A stretch of 63,834 nt of DNA, filler included, from Calcarisporiella thermophila CBS 279.70 (GCF_041956535.1; 6 parts of 5 records of this genome joined end to end with filler, not necessarily neighbours in it); one strand, 5' to 3'. Numbered from the whole stretch's first letter, positions 25,415 to 39,321 are shown. The notes: generated by a model from the sequence alone, not told the origin. Numbers and translations: made by a program.

Positions 25415-26141
25415 CGTGTACTCTTATTTATTTTTATAGGTTAACTGTAGACGAATAAATGTTATCCAACCTATGCTGTCCATCCTCTATTTATTTTTTC
25501 TGAGATTCTCTCCTACATCATGTATCCATCTTATGCCCTTTCGGAATGTAATAAGTTATTTATTGCTGTATGTGAGGCCCCAAAGAGGCATTTTGTTATA
25601 GAATATAATTAAGAGCCCTGGATATTTAGCGAGATGGTAAAACTTTCTTTTAGCGCCCCTTGTACCTAAAGTGGATTCTCTCCTTGAACCTTTCTCCTAG
25701 GAACATTCGCCGCTAACATTGATGGGATTCCATGCAATAGTAAAATCATCATTGCCATCATAATCATCATATTTTGATGATCAAAACTGGCATCTGAGAT
25801 GAACTAACTAGGGGAGATCTACGGAGAATTTGTGCATATTACAATACCATATTACATGGATAGAATATGATTATCTTATAGCTTATAGATTTGATACTCA
25901 TGGTTAACTACAAGAGAAAATAAAAATATTTATTTCCTTCATTCGAAACAGGTTCCTAATAATCTGTTGTATCTCTGCAAAATCTGGTCAGTGTTATGAT
26001 ATCATGATAGCAAAATTGGCAGAAGAAAAGGGGNNNNNNNNNNNNNNNNNNNNNNNNNNNNNNNNNNNNNNNNNNNNTTAATTAATTAANNNNNNNNNNN
26101 NNNNNNNNNNNNNNNNNNNNNNNNNNNNNNNNNAATATTAG

Positions 26142-26310
26142 TTGTAATGAAAGATGGTGAGATAAAGGAAGCAGGGTAAGTTTAATATTTCTTAACTCAA
26201 TCATCTCTTGATAACCATCTGACGAGGTTACAATTAATAGCGAGCATGCCAAACTGGTCTCGTGTCCTGGAATATACCGCGATCTAGTGAAGCAGCAGAA
26301 TCTGAGCTAG
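26142..26310 (+). CDS. Last two exons of an ABCB transporter (copy C; remainder lost at linker)
   Basis: VMKDGEIKEAG/EHAKLVSCPGIYRDLVKQQNLS*. Distinct in sequence from copies A, B and D. Confidence 0.9.
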
Positions 26311-27320
26311 TAACGCTATAGTAAACTGTGGTCAGCACGCTATACCTCTCGCTATGATGTGGAAGCTTAAACACACAGAATGAACAGCTTCTATAGACTC
26401 ATACAGAATTTTTTTACAATTCACAAAGAATTGCAATAAAATTCTGTAAGAGTTCAATTTGAAGACTTAATAGATAAAGCATATTGAGTTTAATTAATAG
26501 CGATTTAATAATGTGAGTAGTTGTCATGTATCCTCATCTTATTTTGAATAAGTGGGTAAACCTCTATGAAAGAAAAGTATCATATAAACAATAAAATTGA
26601 ACAGCGTGAATCAAAGATTAAATTGATAATCATCGAGTTTGTTGAGGAATACTGAACTGTCAATATCTTTCATCCTTCTTTGGAGATATTATTCAAGTCT
26701 TTCGTCTGAACCCTGTTCATTACTATGATATTTTTGTCTACTCCCGGATACGGCCTCCATCTGTAGCGGTTTGACGGGTGGTTTTATGCTCATGATAGAA
26801 ACAGATTATCAATATTTATTATTAATGTAACTATATTGAAATAAACTAATATTCTCACCTTAATAAATTTTCAGTGAAGTACTAACTTATGAAATAGAAG
26901 GTTACGAAAGTATAAAAATAACCTCAAATTGGGTGCTTTCATATACAGTATCAAAATCAAAATTCATCTTTAAGGAAACATTCCACCAAAAATCAAAATC
27001 TTTGGGACTTATACCTTAATATGCTAGTTAGTTGAATCGTCCTACTTCGCAAAACGAGTTATCTATTCAAAGACTTTTTGTCAGTTGCTTCTCACCTGTC
27101 AATTATACTACAAAATCTATCATAACCTCGACACAGCAGCCAGGTTGAGCTTTTATGTAATTTTCAGACTTATCTCTAGAAATATATTAGATAGAGGTGG
27201 GTTTGTTCCCGTATCTATCGAGAACTTTAATATGGTGGTAAGATATTGATTTCTATTTCAATAGCCCACAGCTAGATTCGGAAGTGATTTTAAAGTTTCT
27301 TAAAATTAATTCCAAGAGCA

Positions 27321-29094
27321 ATGTTCTCCACAATGTATACCCGCCAAATGCTGGAAGCACCAATGAAAAACGTATGCTTCAATTCTGCGAACAAAACTGA
27401 AGATGAATCAGAAAACCATCCGCCGGAGAATACTGATCTTCATGATTTACTCATGACTTCAGATGCTTTGCACTTCCAACTCAAGCTGAATTCATATACC
27501 GATCTACATCATCTTCTCAAAGCCCAGTATTTTATTGATGGCATCTTACTACCGGAACACCTCTTACGACCTCATTCATATACATTGTCTGCTAATGGAA
27601 ATCATTCAAGTTACTGCAATTACTTCAAGTTCCATTCTCTCCCGAAACCAATCGAAGACAAAATAGTCAGATGGCCGACAAGAGCAAACATTGCCAAAGA
27701 GAAGCTGCTCATCGATCAACTTTTTCACGTCTATCTGAGCGCTTGCTGTGTAGACTCTATACATCCTGACCGTGAATATTTTCTTAAAAGCTATTATTGG
27801 TGCGAACTTGAACCTGCACTCGTTCACACCGCTGTCGCAAGAGCAGCTATCCATTTATTGCTTAAGCATCCAGAGACACCTCTTAGTGGTAAGCTTCAAA
27901 CGACTGCAGGGAGTCTCTTTAAACAGGGAAAACAGTCGTTGGCGGATGTGTTTGATATACCTTCTCCACAAATTGTTCTTGCCCTTATAAATATGGATGC
28001 ATGTTTGCAATTACTTTCTCGTTATAATGATGCATACACGTACTACTCGCAGGCTGCACAAATGGCACTCTCTCTCCATATGTACAAGGATGATGCTACA
28101 GAGAAAGATCCCGTGCAACTAGAGTTTCGAAGAAGAATCTGGTAAAAGCAGGCGATTACTTACTACATATATTATAAGTATACATTGACTTACTGCAAAT
28201 TGAATATTTCTAAGGGCTGACGTTTGCATGCGAGAATTATTCTATGTATTTGATTGTGACAAACTGCATTTAATAGGCATGGATATTATCAAATCGTCCC
28301 CCAAACCGACAGTGACGGCAAGGGATAGTGAGTCATATAAGTTTGCAACAGTAATAAGTTATGACTATTTCTGATAGTTCAGTTTATCATATTGACTTAA
28401 GGGATATTCAAATACGTCTGTTGGCGGGTATTATCACATTTTCCAGAGTCTTGGAATTACAAAATTTTGATTGGGCACTTCCCGATGTAATCATCACGCA
28501 ACAACTGGCTGGCCTTGCTGCACATTTGCAAAATGAACGGTCCGAGTTAATTCAATTCTGCAAGGAAGACGTCCTACGAGCGATCCAGCCTCCTATAAAT
28601 TTCGATTTTTAGTTACAATGGTGTGCCCTTTGGCGCCAATTTATCAAATCAGACGCTCCTGCCGGGAGATTGGATACGAAATTGATGCGACGATTGCGTG
28701 AAATGGCGTTCGACGAGTATATCAAGGTAAAAGTATTTTGAATTCTGCATACTCGCTGATTCGCACTATATTTTTTCTACACCTCATTAAGCAGGGATTG
28801 ATCCAACGTATAGAGTTCTTTAAGTGTGCAATTAATTCTCATATCAGATGCAATACAAGATTTCATTTATCAGCACACACAGTTTGCGAAAGTATTAAAT
28901 TCATCGCTCAAATGCACCCCAACGTTTGGATACGACGCAAGATATTCAAAAAGCTTGTTAAAATTTTAAATATTCTACAATCACCAAATATCAGAGGAAA
29001 CTTATCGCAGCTGCTCATTTGCGAATTCATGGAGGTATTAGAAGAGATAAAATCAACAGTCTTTTCAAAGGAAGTGCTGGAAAGAACGGACTAA
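27321..29094 (+). pseudogene. Fungal_trans-domain gene, copy 4 (probable recent pseudogene)
   Basis: Full-length and collinear with copy 2. The intron-2 acceptor CAG is CAA (28409-28411) and a Trp TGG codon is TAG (28610-28612). Confidence 0.78.
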
Positions 29095-29713
29095 AAACAA
29101 ATAAAAATATACCAGAGATTAGAAAAAAAGTATTTCAGAGTGATTGGATTACACTATTTTATTATACTATTTATACTTGGAACTATAAAAATTGTTGCGT
29201 GTTTTACGGCTGGAACGCTGCAATATTCGAACAGAATATCGCTAATCTTCAAAAACGATAAAAGGATCATGTGTGAACTACTAATACATTTTTGCAATGC
29301 TCCAGAAGTCTTTCGGCAATTGGAGGTACAATGTCTTTTTAGTCGGCACGACGTCGAACTTCAGTGTGAAAATATTGAAGCAGGACGATCTATCTACCTT
29401 TAAATCATATTATTAAAGAGAACTCTTTGCTCTCACTAGGTGATTACCACGCTATTTATTGGAGTGTTATCTCTCTAAAGATAGAATTTGATTTGATCTT
29501 TCGAGGCACCTTCAAAGATTCAACTTTCTACCCCTATATAAACACATCTGCTTTTTATTCATTTATTTATTTTTTTTTTTTTGCCCCTCGCTTATCTACT
29601 CTTTATTAGGTTAGCTTTGTTTAACTGTCGAACCATTTAGCTCCATGCTGTTCGTTGTATTTAAATATATTGGTTACCATCAATCTAATAACACGTGAAT
29701 AAGTTTAACACTA

Positions 29714-29772
29714 AAAAGATTTTTCTCAGGCAGTTGAATTGAGTCAATTCAACTGCCTGAGAAAAATCTTTT
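29714..29772. repeat. Perfect palindrome with 29-bp arms and 1-nt spacer
   Basis: AAAAGATTTTTCTCAGGCAGTTGAATTGA-G-TCAATTCAACTGCCTGAGAAAAATCTTTT. Confidence 0.95.
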
Positions 29773-30303
29773 AGACCCTATGAATAATAATTCCCAAGAG
29801 CGATATAATCTTTTCGTCCTACTTTCTATATTACATCCTTTATTGATATTGTAAAAATTCAAATTATGCATATTTTCACTACAAATATATTTTTAATATA
29901 TAGTTCACGTGTACAAATTTATGCCAGATATTTGCATTGTTAAAGAAGATTCTGTATATTCAATTTTTACCATTTGGTGACATTATCATTATTCGATAAA
30001 TATTGACCATTTGCATTTTGAAATAAAGTAAATGGAATATACTTTATTCTCCTATCTCAAACTATCCTAGTTACACATACTCTCAACACAATACGAACTC
30101 TAACCTCGAATTCTCAAATATGCTTTGGGTTAGTTACATATAACTAAGTATGACTTTTTGAGTTTTAATTTAAAGATTATATATAGAACTTTTCGAGGTC
30201 GACACGCGTGAACATAATTTTTTGGAACATTTTTTGATATATTGAATTTCAAGTTACCCTATAACTAATAATACATAATAAGGGTGACTTTTTCCCGTAA
30301 TCA

Positions 30304-33300
30304 ATGGAGCTATCCGACTTGAATGGTGACAACAATATTAAATCCACCCCACGGCCGAAAAGAAATAAAAATTTCAACAAAACATTCTTCAAACTGCGAA
30401 AAGAAAATGAGAAAGCTTCCAAGATATCTTATTTTCACCTCTATCGATATGCTAGTAAGTTTGATGTGTTATTGATCATGTAGGTTTTCAATTCGAATAA
30501 TGGCAATTCCAAATTCTAATTATACGTTTGCTATAGCCTTGGAGTATTGTCTAGTATTACGGCAGGCATTTCCAAATCCTTTGCTTTTGTATTGCTATGG
30601 AGAGCCGTCTCTACCATATTTTCGACGGGAGATCCTAATACTAATAGCCATGATATGATTGGAGTCATTATACCGTTTTTGGGATTAGCTATTTCAGTCA
30701 TGCTTGCATCATATTTGCAAAATTGTTTATGGTCTCTTGCAGGAGAGAACCAAACAAAGGTAAAAGAATTATCTGCTTAATCTACGAAAAGTTTTTTGAG
30801 TGCAATTTATGATATTTGCATAGCGTATCCGTGAGCTATATTTCCATTCAATTCTCCACCAGGATCAAAGTTGGTTTGATCTAAGCCAATCGGAGTCACT
30901 ACACACTCGACTTTCATCTGATACTTTACTCATCCAAGATGGCCTTTCAGAAAAACCTGGGTTTCTTCTTAAGGATATTTCGTTTGCAATATGTAATTTC
31001 ACGCTAGCATTTTATTACGGATGGAGGCTATCAATTGTGCTGCTAGCGGTTGTGCCGATATTAGCATTTTCAGGCTATACATTCGCACAGGTAGTAAGAA
31101 AACTGACTGAAAAGGTTCAGAATGCTTATTCGAAAGCTGGGGCATTAGCTGAAAAATGCATTTCCGGAATTCGCACAACCACCGCCTTTTCCATGCAAAA
31201 TCATTTTATCGATCTCTTCAACTCATACCTCAATGCTGCCTATCAAGCCGGCGTCCGGAAAGCCATGAGAATAGGTGAGTCAGTCAACAATAACGATTCA
31301 TTTGAAAATAACTATTTTTGACATTACAATTGAATTCAAGGAATTTTTATGGGGCTGGTGGAGTTTATTGACTTTAGTGTTAATGGTCTCGGTTATTGGT
31401 ATGGAGCGCGCTTGATTTCTCAAGAAGTAATAACTAGTACCGTTGCAATGCAAACTTATGTATTAATAGTTGCGGGATCAGCTACAATAGGGTAATCTCT
31501 ATCTATTCTTTACGAATACAAACATGAAAACTTTATCCATCCGAAAATTTTTAGTGAAATAGCACCAAATTACAAGGCACTTGTGGAAGCTCAGATAGCA
31601 GCGCACAAAATATTTTCTGTCATCGACCGTAAACCAGTCATCTCCTCGAGTATTAAATCCCAGAACAGGAGCATCAAAGGTAGCATTTGCCAGGGAGAGA
31701 TCACTCTTAGTAACGTTCATTTCAACTACCCCTCTCGCCCAAGCGTCTCAGTGTTGTCAGGGATTGAACTCAACATTCCTAGTGGCAAAACCGTTGCTCT
31801 CGTTGGTGCCTCTGGAGGAGGGAAATCAACCATTACACATTTGATACAGCGTTTTTATGATCCGACCTCAGGCAAGATTCTGCTGGACGGAGTGGATTTG
31901 CGCGATCTTGATGTAAGTTGGCTGCGGAAACAAATAGGAGTAGTAGGGCAGGAACCAGTCCTATTCGATGACTCTATTCGCAACAACATCGCTCTTGGTG
32001 CTTCCAATCGCAATCCGACACAAAAAGAGATCGAGGAGGCATGTATCATGGCAAATTGTCACGATTTCATTAGCAGTCTGCCTCATGGATATGACACAAG
32101 GGTCGGTGAACTGGGCTCTCAACTATCCGGAGGCCAAAAGCAGCGCATTGCACTGGCGAGAGCCTTAATTCGTAATCCAGCAATTCTGTTGTTAGATGAG
32201 GCGACTTCTGCACTTGACACCGCATCTGAAAAACTGGTGCAAGAAGCACTGAAAGCTGCATCCAAAAATCGGACGACTCTAATCATTGCACATCGACTCT
32301 CTACGGTTCGTGAGGCCGACTGGATTGTGGTGGTAGAGAATGGAAAGATAGTTGAGCAAGGCACACATGCTCAATTAATGACGAATGAGAGTACTTATTT
32401 CACCTACGTGCAGAAGCAGCAGCTCAAAGATGATGAGGACAACAAGGATGAGAACCTCGACGGCTTATCCTTCATGAAAGCGAGTGAAGTAGACCCAGAT
32501 ATCAAGACGAGCGTAATAGGTGACTCGAAGCATAGCAATAAATTGAATGAGGCGATCGGGGTAGATATCAGAGCAGAAAAACGCCCAATATATAGGACAT
32601 TGCGAATGATGTCGCCTGAATGGAAGTTAATTGGATTAGCCATATTTGGCGGTTTTATTTTTGGGGCGGTAAGTTGCATTCCGGCCTTATTCTAATATTA
32701 ATAAATTACTAACCAGATAATTTTCAGGTCTATCCTATTGGTGGCCTGTTACTTGGCCGTATGGTTTATGCACTTAATCAGCCCATCGATCAAGTTGAGG
32801 AAGCTGCCAGATTTTGGTCACTCTTATATTGCAAGTTCTCAATTCTTCAATTATTTTCAGAATATAAAATTTAACGACGTTTTGATATATAGTGGTGTTG
32901 GCTACCATTTGTTTCTTTGGAGTAATTCTAAGAGATGGGGTTAGTCTTTATTGTGGAGAACGATTTGTTCGACGATTGCGAGCGCAAACATTCAGCAACA
33001 TCTTAAGTCAAGAAATTGCATTTTTCGACCACCCCGAACATACTACAAGTGCCCTTACGTACAAATTGGCTAAAGACGCCACAGAGATATCAGAATTACC
33101 CAAATTGGTCATGGTCGATGTACTAGGTGCTTTTTCAGCAGCTTTTTTCGGACTATTCATAGCAATTAGTTATGGATGGAAATTAGCGTTGATGCTGCTG
33201 CCGACAATGCCCCTTATTATAGGTGCACTATATTTTCGCTTTAAATCACTAAATGGGTAATAATGAGCATTTGTATATTTTGATGAGAATTTGCTGAAAT

Positions 33301-34552
33301 ATAATTTAGTTTTTCAGGAAAGGTAGAAAAAGAATATCGGCTAGCTGGAACGGTTGCTGGAGAGGCTATTCGCGAAATAAGAACCATAGCATCACTTGGA
33401 GTTGAGAATGTTTTCGAGAAGAAGTATGCAGGTTGGTGATACAACTGGACATTAGTTTATAGCTAAAATTGATAAGCGTGATTTTATAAACAGAATATTG
33501 TCAGGTACCCCATCGTTTCGCAATGAAAAAGGCTTTTATTACGTCTATCGGATTTGGATTATCTCAAGGATTATATCATCTTGTCTATATATTGGGATTA
33601 TATCTCGGATCACGTTTCATACATTCTGGTGAAATGACCTCTCAGCAAGTCGCAGTGGTGTTGTTTACAGTCGTNNNNNNNNNNNNNNNNNNNNNNNNNN
33701 NNNNNNNNNNNNNNNNNNNNNNNNNNNNNNNNNNNNNNNNNNNNNNNNNNNNNNNNNNNNNNNNNNNNNNNNNNNNNNNNNNNNNNNNNNNNNNNNNNNN
33801 NNNNNNNNNNNNNNNNNNNNNNNNNNNNNNNNNNNNNNNNNNNNNNNNNNNNNNNNNNNNNNNNNNNNNNNNNNNNNNNNNNNNNNNNNNNNNNNNNNNN
33901 NNNNNNNNNNNNNNNNNNNNNNNNNNNNNNNNNNNNNNNNNNNNNNNNNNNNNNNNNNNNNNNNNNNNNNNNNNNNNNNNNNNNNNNNNNNNNNNNNNNN
34001 NNNNNNNNNNNNNNNNNNNNNNNNNNNNNNNNNNNNNNNNNNNNNNNNNNNNNNNNNNNNNNNNNNNNNNNNNNNNNNNNNNNNNNNNNNNNNNNNNNNN
34101 NNNNNNNNNNNNNNNNNNNNNNNNNNNNNNNNNNNNNNNNNNNNNNNNNNNNNNNNNNNNNNNNNNNNNNNNNNNNNNNNNNNNNNNNNNNNNNNNNNNN
34201 NNNNNNNNNNNNNNNNNNNNNNNNNNNNNNNNNNNNNNNNNNNNNNNNNNNNNNNNNNNNNNNNNNNNNNNNNNNNNNNNNNNNNNNNNNNNNNNNNNNN
34301 NNNNNNNNNNNNNNNNNNNNNNNNNNNNNNNNNNNNNNNNNNNNNNNNNNNNNNNNNNNNNNNNNNNNAAAAATATTTAGTTGTAATGAAAGATGGGGTT
34401 ATCCAGGAAGTAGGGTAAGATTAATTTTTCTTGATCCATCTATCTTTAGATAAAGTTCTGACAATAATACCAATAATAGAGATCATGCCAAGTTAGTTTC
34501 GTATCCCGGAGTATACCATGAGCTAGTGAAACAGCAGAAACTCAAATATTAG
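30304..34552 (+). CDS. Full-length ABCB transporter, copy D (NBD2 mostly in gap 33675-34368)
   Basis: Same exon-intron structure as copy B, starts MELSDL, NBD1 motifs intact. One GC-AG intron at about 32831. Confidence 0.95.
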
Positions 34553-35199
34553 TGATCTAGTAGTCTGCGACTAGCAACAATTCATTCTCATACTTCACGA
34601 TGATGAGGTAGTTTTATTAAGCAAAATGAGCTACTCTCAATAAACTATGTAACATCGCTGTAAAACTACAATTAGCAGATTTTATAACATTAGCAAAGGA
34701 TTTATAAAGCAATACCAAATAATTATATTTACAAAGAATATAGTCAGAGTAAAATATGACTAATACCGTAATTATTGAATCTGTTGGGAAAATTCTGCTA
34801 TCAAGGTTCTTGCTTAGGGAGAAACGGGGAAGTAGCTCGTCCTTCCATACAGTGTTTTTTCTGCGCATATTGCCTACATACTTCTGTATCAGCAAAATCA
34901 CTTTATAATATGTGCTTCTTTCCCCTATTTCAAATATCTATCAACTGGTTCCATTTTGCACATTAAAAGTCATGCATTTATGAAAGCAAGTTACAAACTT
35001 TTTCGAAAATAAAGATATTGAGTCATATTTTGATCTTTTTATTAATCTTTTTATATACTCGATCATTTTATTTCATTTCACATTATCTATTTTGATTTCT
35101 TTTTTTAGAAATATATTATTATTTTTTCTAGGATATCAATACTTAATATAATGTTAAACCTTACAGTCTAGCTTCACTCACTACATACAAAAGCATTAA

Positions 35200-36456
35200 T
35201 TACAAGTCAGCAATATGCACATAGGCTTTGCCAAAATTTTTGCCATGGAATAAATCAAGAAGCCCCTGAGAAGCATTTTCAATGCCTTTGATTTCATGCT
35301 CACGATAGCGTATCCTCCCTTCACGTAGCCACTGTGCAACATCTCTATAGAAATCGTCAGCATATTGAGGAGCCAAATCCGAAACAATGAAGCCCTCAAA
35401 GCGTAAACGCTTAGAGACAATCTGCCTCAAATTCTTAACGCCATAGAGGTTTTGAGTATTGTATTGGGAAATCATTCCACAGGCAATAATACGACCAAAA
35501 TCATTCATATGGCTGATGGTATTGTCAAGAATCTCACCACCCACATTTTCGAAGTCTAGGGTGCAAAATAACACATGCAATGTAAGGAATCAATGACAAT
35601 AATCTTTAAAAGTTGAGAATGCTCTTTTGTAACTAACTCGTAATAAAAAGCCGATATTGAGCAAAAGAGAGCAAACTACTTACAGATATCAACACCATCA
35701 GGACAATATTTCGACAATGCCTCATCATGATTTATCTTTTTATAGTTGAATGCCGCATCGAATCCGAGATCTTTGATGAGATACTCTACTTTAGCGTCAT
35801 CACCAGCAGAGCCAACCACACGAAGACCTTTTGACTTTGCAATTTGCCCGACCAACTGCCCAACTGCGCCAGAGGCCGCTGAGATATAAATCGTCTCACC
35901 AGCTTTGGGGTTTCCTATATGGAATAAACCAGTGTACGCCGTCATGCCCGGCATTCCCAAGATACCAATGAAATAACTCAACGGAAACCCAGAGGATTTT
36001 GCATCCTTGAGGAGATGGAGTCCCTCTAGGCCCTGGAGTTTAATGGAAGCCGCTTTGATTACGCTGTATTCCTCAAAACTAGTTATGCCATACACAATTT
36101 CGCCTTCAGGGAAGGATGGATTTTTAGATTTGATGACCACTGATACTCCAAACGATTGAATAGGCGCCCCAAGTTGGAAGGCGGATATGTATGATTTAAG
36201 CTCTGCAGAACGCATCCGTCCACGCATATATGGATCCAAACTGAGGCGAAGAGTCTTTTATCAATGGTTCATTAGATATACTCGATTTCAAAAAACAAAT
36301 CTATTATAATTCTTTAGGTACCTTAACGGCAAAATCCCCTTCTTCGAGGGGGATCTGATCCAGGTCGAATTCGCGAGTCTCGAGTACCAGATGCTCACCA
36401 ATGACTGGAAGTTCGACGGGGATTTTTTTGAAGACAACCGCTGAATTTTTAACCAT
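35200..36456 (-). CDS. NADP-dependent oxidoreductase (PTGR1/alkenal reductase-like, zinc-independent MDR family)
   Basis: LSLDPYMRGRM, GMPGMTAY, SAASGAVGQLVGQ, YFENVGG, CGMISQYN and GKNFGK. Two introns. Confidence 0.94.
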
Positions 36457-37315
36457 GGTCTCTGCTGCTTGCCTTTTATCTGTTCTGGTAATAGTATAGT
36501 ATTATAAGTATACTCATATTTTTGGCAAGGGATAAATCATATATATAGTCTGATCGGTGTTTTAATATGATGTAATAAATTTTACCTTTTTCCGATCCCT
36601 AAGAGAATTAGAATACTCAGCAGCTTACCACGAGCACAACTCAAGCGTGATTACTAATGATTTATAATTCCTTAGACGCCATCTAATTAACAGTTTCTAA
36701 TAACTGGGATCTAATAACTGGGAAATATCAATTTGAGGCTAGTTCTTGAGAGATTGAAAACTCTGGTTCATACCTGGATTACTGATTAGAAATGAGAAAG
36801 AAAAATTGAAGCAAAGTGCACGAATATTGTGTATGCATTTCCTAATTTTCAAAGTTGATAATGAATTCCGACGCTATCTCTTAGATTTTCTTAGCCTCTG
36901 AAATCAACTTGCAAAATGGCAAATCTCCTAGACAGTTGGTTTTAACAAAAAGAATAAGAGGCTATAATTGACTACTCAATGGCATGGCAATTAAATGAAG
37001 ATTATTAAAGTATTTTAGAGTTGCATTTTTAACCGAAAGTCATTTATATTCGGAACTTTATACAGTATTACAATATCTTGAATTTTATAATCGAGGATCT
37101 ACAATTTAGCAACATAAATATACTTAAGCTACGCCAAAATTATTACTTTATAGCAAATCATCTAGGATCCGTGAAGCATTTTCGACCCCACCATTTCATG
37201 CTTCACATATTATATGTTCCCTTTATCCATTGTAAGGAGAGAAAAGGGAGATACCTTTAACCAAATCCCCTAAGAATGCAAATTGCTGGATCTCAGAAGT
37301 CAATGAAAAATATTG

Positions 37316-39129
37316 TCATTGCATTTTCATACCAGGCTGAAGCTCTGCACAATACTCCTCTAACAACAGCCTTATTACTTCCAAATGTCCATTTCTTACA
37401 GCACAATGTAATGGTGTCCATCCAGTCCTATCCTTGGAATTCACAGCTGCACGATGTTTCTCTACCAACAGTTTCACCAACTCTATATGCCCATTACTTG
37501 CTGCATAATGCAATGGTAACCTTCCAAATCCATCCATAGCATTCACATCTGCACCATGCTTCTCTAGTAGAAATTCCACCATTTCTATACTCTTACCCGA
37601 GGTGGCCATATGTAATGGTGTGCATCCTGATTTATCCTTGGTATTTACATCTGCATCAACTCTTCAAGTAACAGATTTGCCACTTCCATATGTCCGCCTC
37701 TTGCAGCCAAATGCAACAATGACTGACCCCTTATATCCTTGGCTTTCGCATCTATATTACCTATCTCCAACAAAAACTTTACTATCTCCGTATGCCCACC
37801 AGTGGCAGCGAAATGTATTGGCATCCATCCTAAACGGAACTCCGAGTACGCACCACATGCAACCATAACTTCCTCCATCAATTCCGGATATTTACTTTTT
37901 CCAACATCACAAAACTGGACCCTTCCAACACCAGCTTTCGCTTTTGCATCCGCACCATACTCTTTCACTAGCAGCTTCACCAATTCTGTATGCCCACTCC
38001 CAGAGGCCAAATGTAGCACCGACTCACCGTGATTGTTTTTAATGTTCACATCTGCATTATATCGCTCTAATAGAAACTTAACCGACCCTATATGCTCACC
38101 TCTTGCTGCTTCAAGTACTGGCGTCGATCCACATTTATCCTTAACATTCATATTTGCGCTGCAATGGTCCAACAATATCCTCATTACCTCTATATGTCCA
38201 TATCTTGCCGCTAAATGTACTGGCGTGGCTCCATTGAAATTCTTAATCTCCGCATTGGCATCATATTTCTCCAACAACAACTTAACTATCTCCATATCAC
38301 CACAAACTGCGGCAAGGTGGAGGGGTGTCTGTCCATCTTTGTCCCAGTGATTGACAAATGGGCTAAAAAACTCTACAAAGCTTCTTATACATTCACTATT
38401 TTCATCTTGGACAGCATGATGGAGCGGAGTGAAGTCGATTCGACCATATTCGAAATAGGGCTGACTCTTCGGTGCTCCCCTATCCATAAGTTTACATTTC
38501 CAAAACTGTATTTCTTTCTTGGAAACTAATTCGGGTTCCAGTCGACCCAAATCTATTATCTCACATATAGACTGGTAATCACCTGCGCTTGCTGCCTTTT
38601 TGTATAATTTCAGCGCCCTCTTGAATTTCATACTACGGTTATAAATATTTGCAAGATAGTGAAGAGAGGATAGCGTAAGTTTGTCGTTGATCCCGAGGAT
38701 TTGTTTGCGAATCGATAATGCCTCCTCTCCATGCACTTCCGCTGGTCCATAGTAGCCTTTTATCATATAAACGTAAAAGAGATCGCTCTCCGCTTTCGCA
38801 GTTTCAAGATGCTCGTCGCCATAAGCAGCCCTAGTACACTTAATGGCAAACTTTGCAAGTTCAACGAGCCCTTCAACTTGCCCATTTCTCGCCAGAAATA
38901 TTACAGTGGGCGAAAATAAAGCAGCTATCTCTGCGAGTTCATGTTTTTTCAAATAATCTTCGCCCATATTATAGTCTTTGCAAATTTGATATATTTGTTG
39001 GATTTGCGGTGCCAAGACTTTCATAATCTTGCGATGCTCCTTGTCGCAAATATTGAACTGCTCACATAATTCCTGTTTCAGGACACTAATTAGATTTTTA
39101 CGAGTTAGCCATATCTCCAGGGAGCCCAT
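37316..39129 (-). pseudogene. TPR/Sel1 plus about 11 ankyrin-repeat protein with frameshifts near the C-terminus
   Basis: Kinesin-light-chain-type TPRs (YGDEHLETAKA, RKQILGINDKLTLSS) and repeated TPLH.AA motifs. A 1-nt deletion near 37658 joins ORFs 37645-39129 and 37316-37609. Confidence 0.8.
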
Positions 39130-39321
39130 AATTAAGTTGCAATCTGAATTCAGACCTATTAACGGATGCTGAGTGTGAGAGCTGAATCATCAAGTGTGCA
39201 TCGTAAAAACCTTTATATCGGAGGCTTGCGACGAGTCAAATTATTTGTTTAAGAAATCTAAAGCTCAATTGATATGCGTAGAATATTTTAGGTTAGGTTA
39301 CATTTAAAGATTAAATCTAAA

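Noticed and set aside
33523-34380. 285-aa ORF with a long X run
   Set aside because: It is an ABC-D exon running through a sequence gap.
36696-36724. 14-nt tandem duplication TCTAATAACTGGGA upstream of the oxidoreductase
   Set aside because: Two copies only, consistent with simple slippage.
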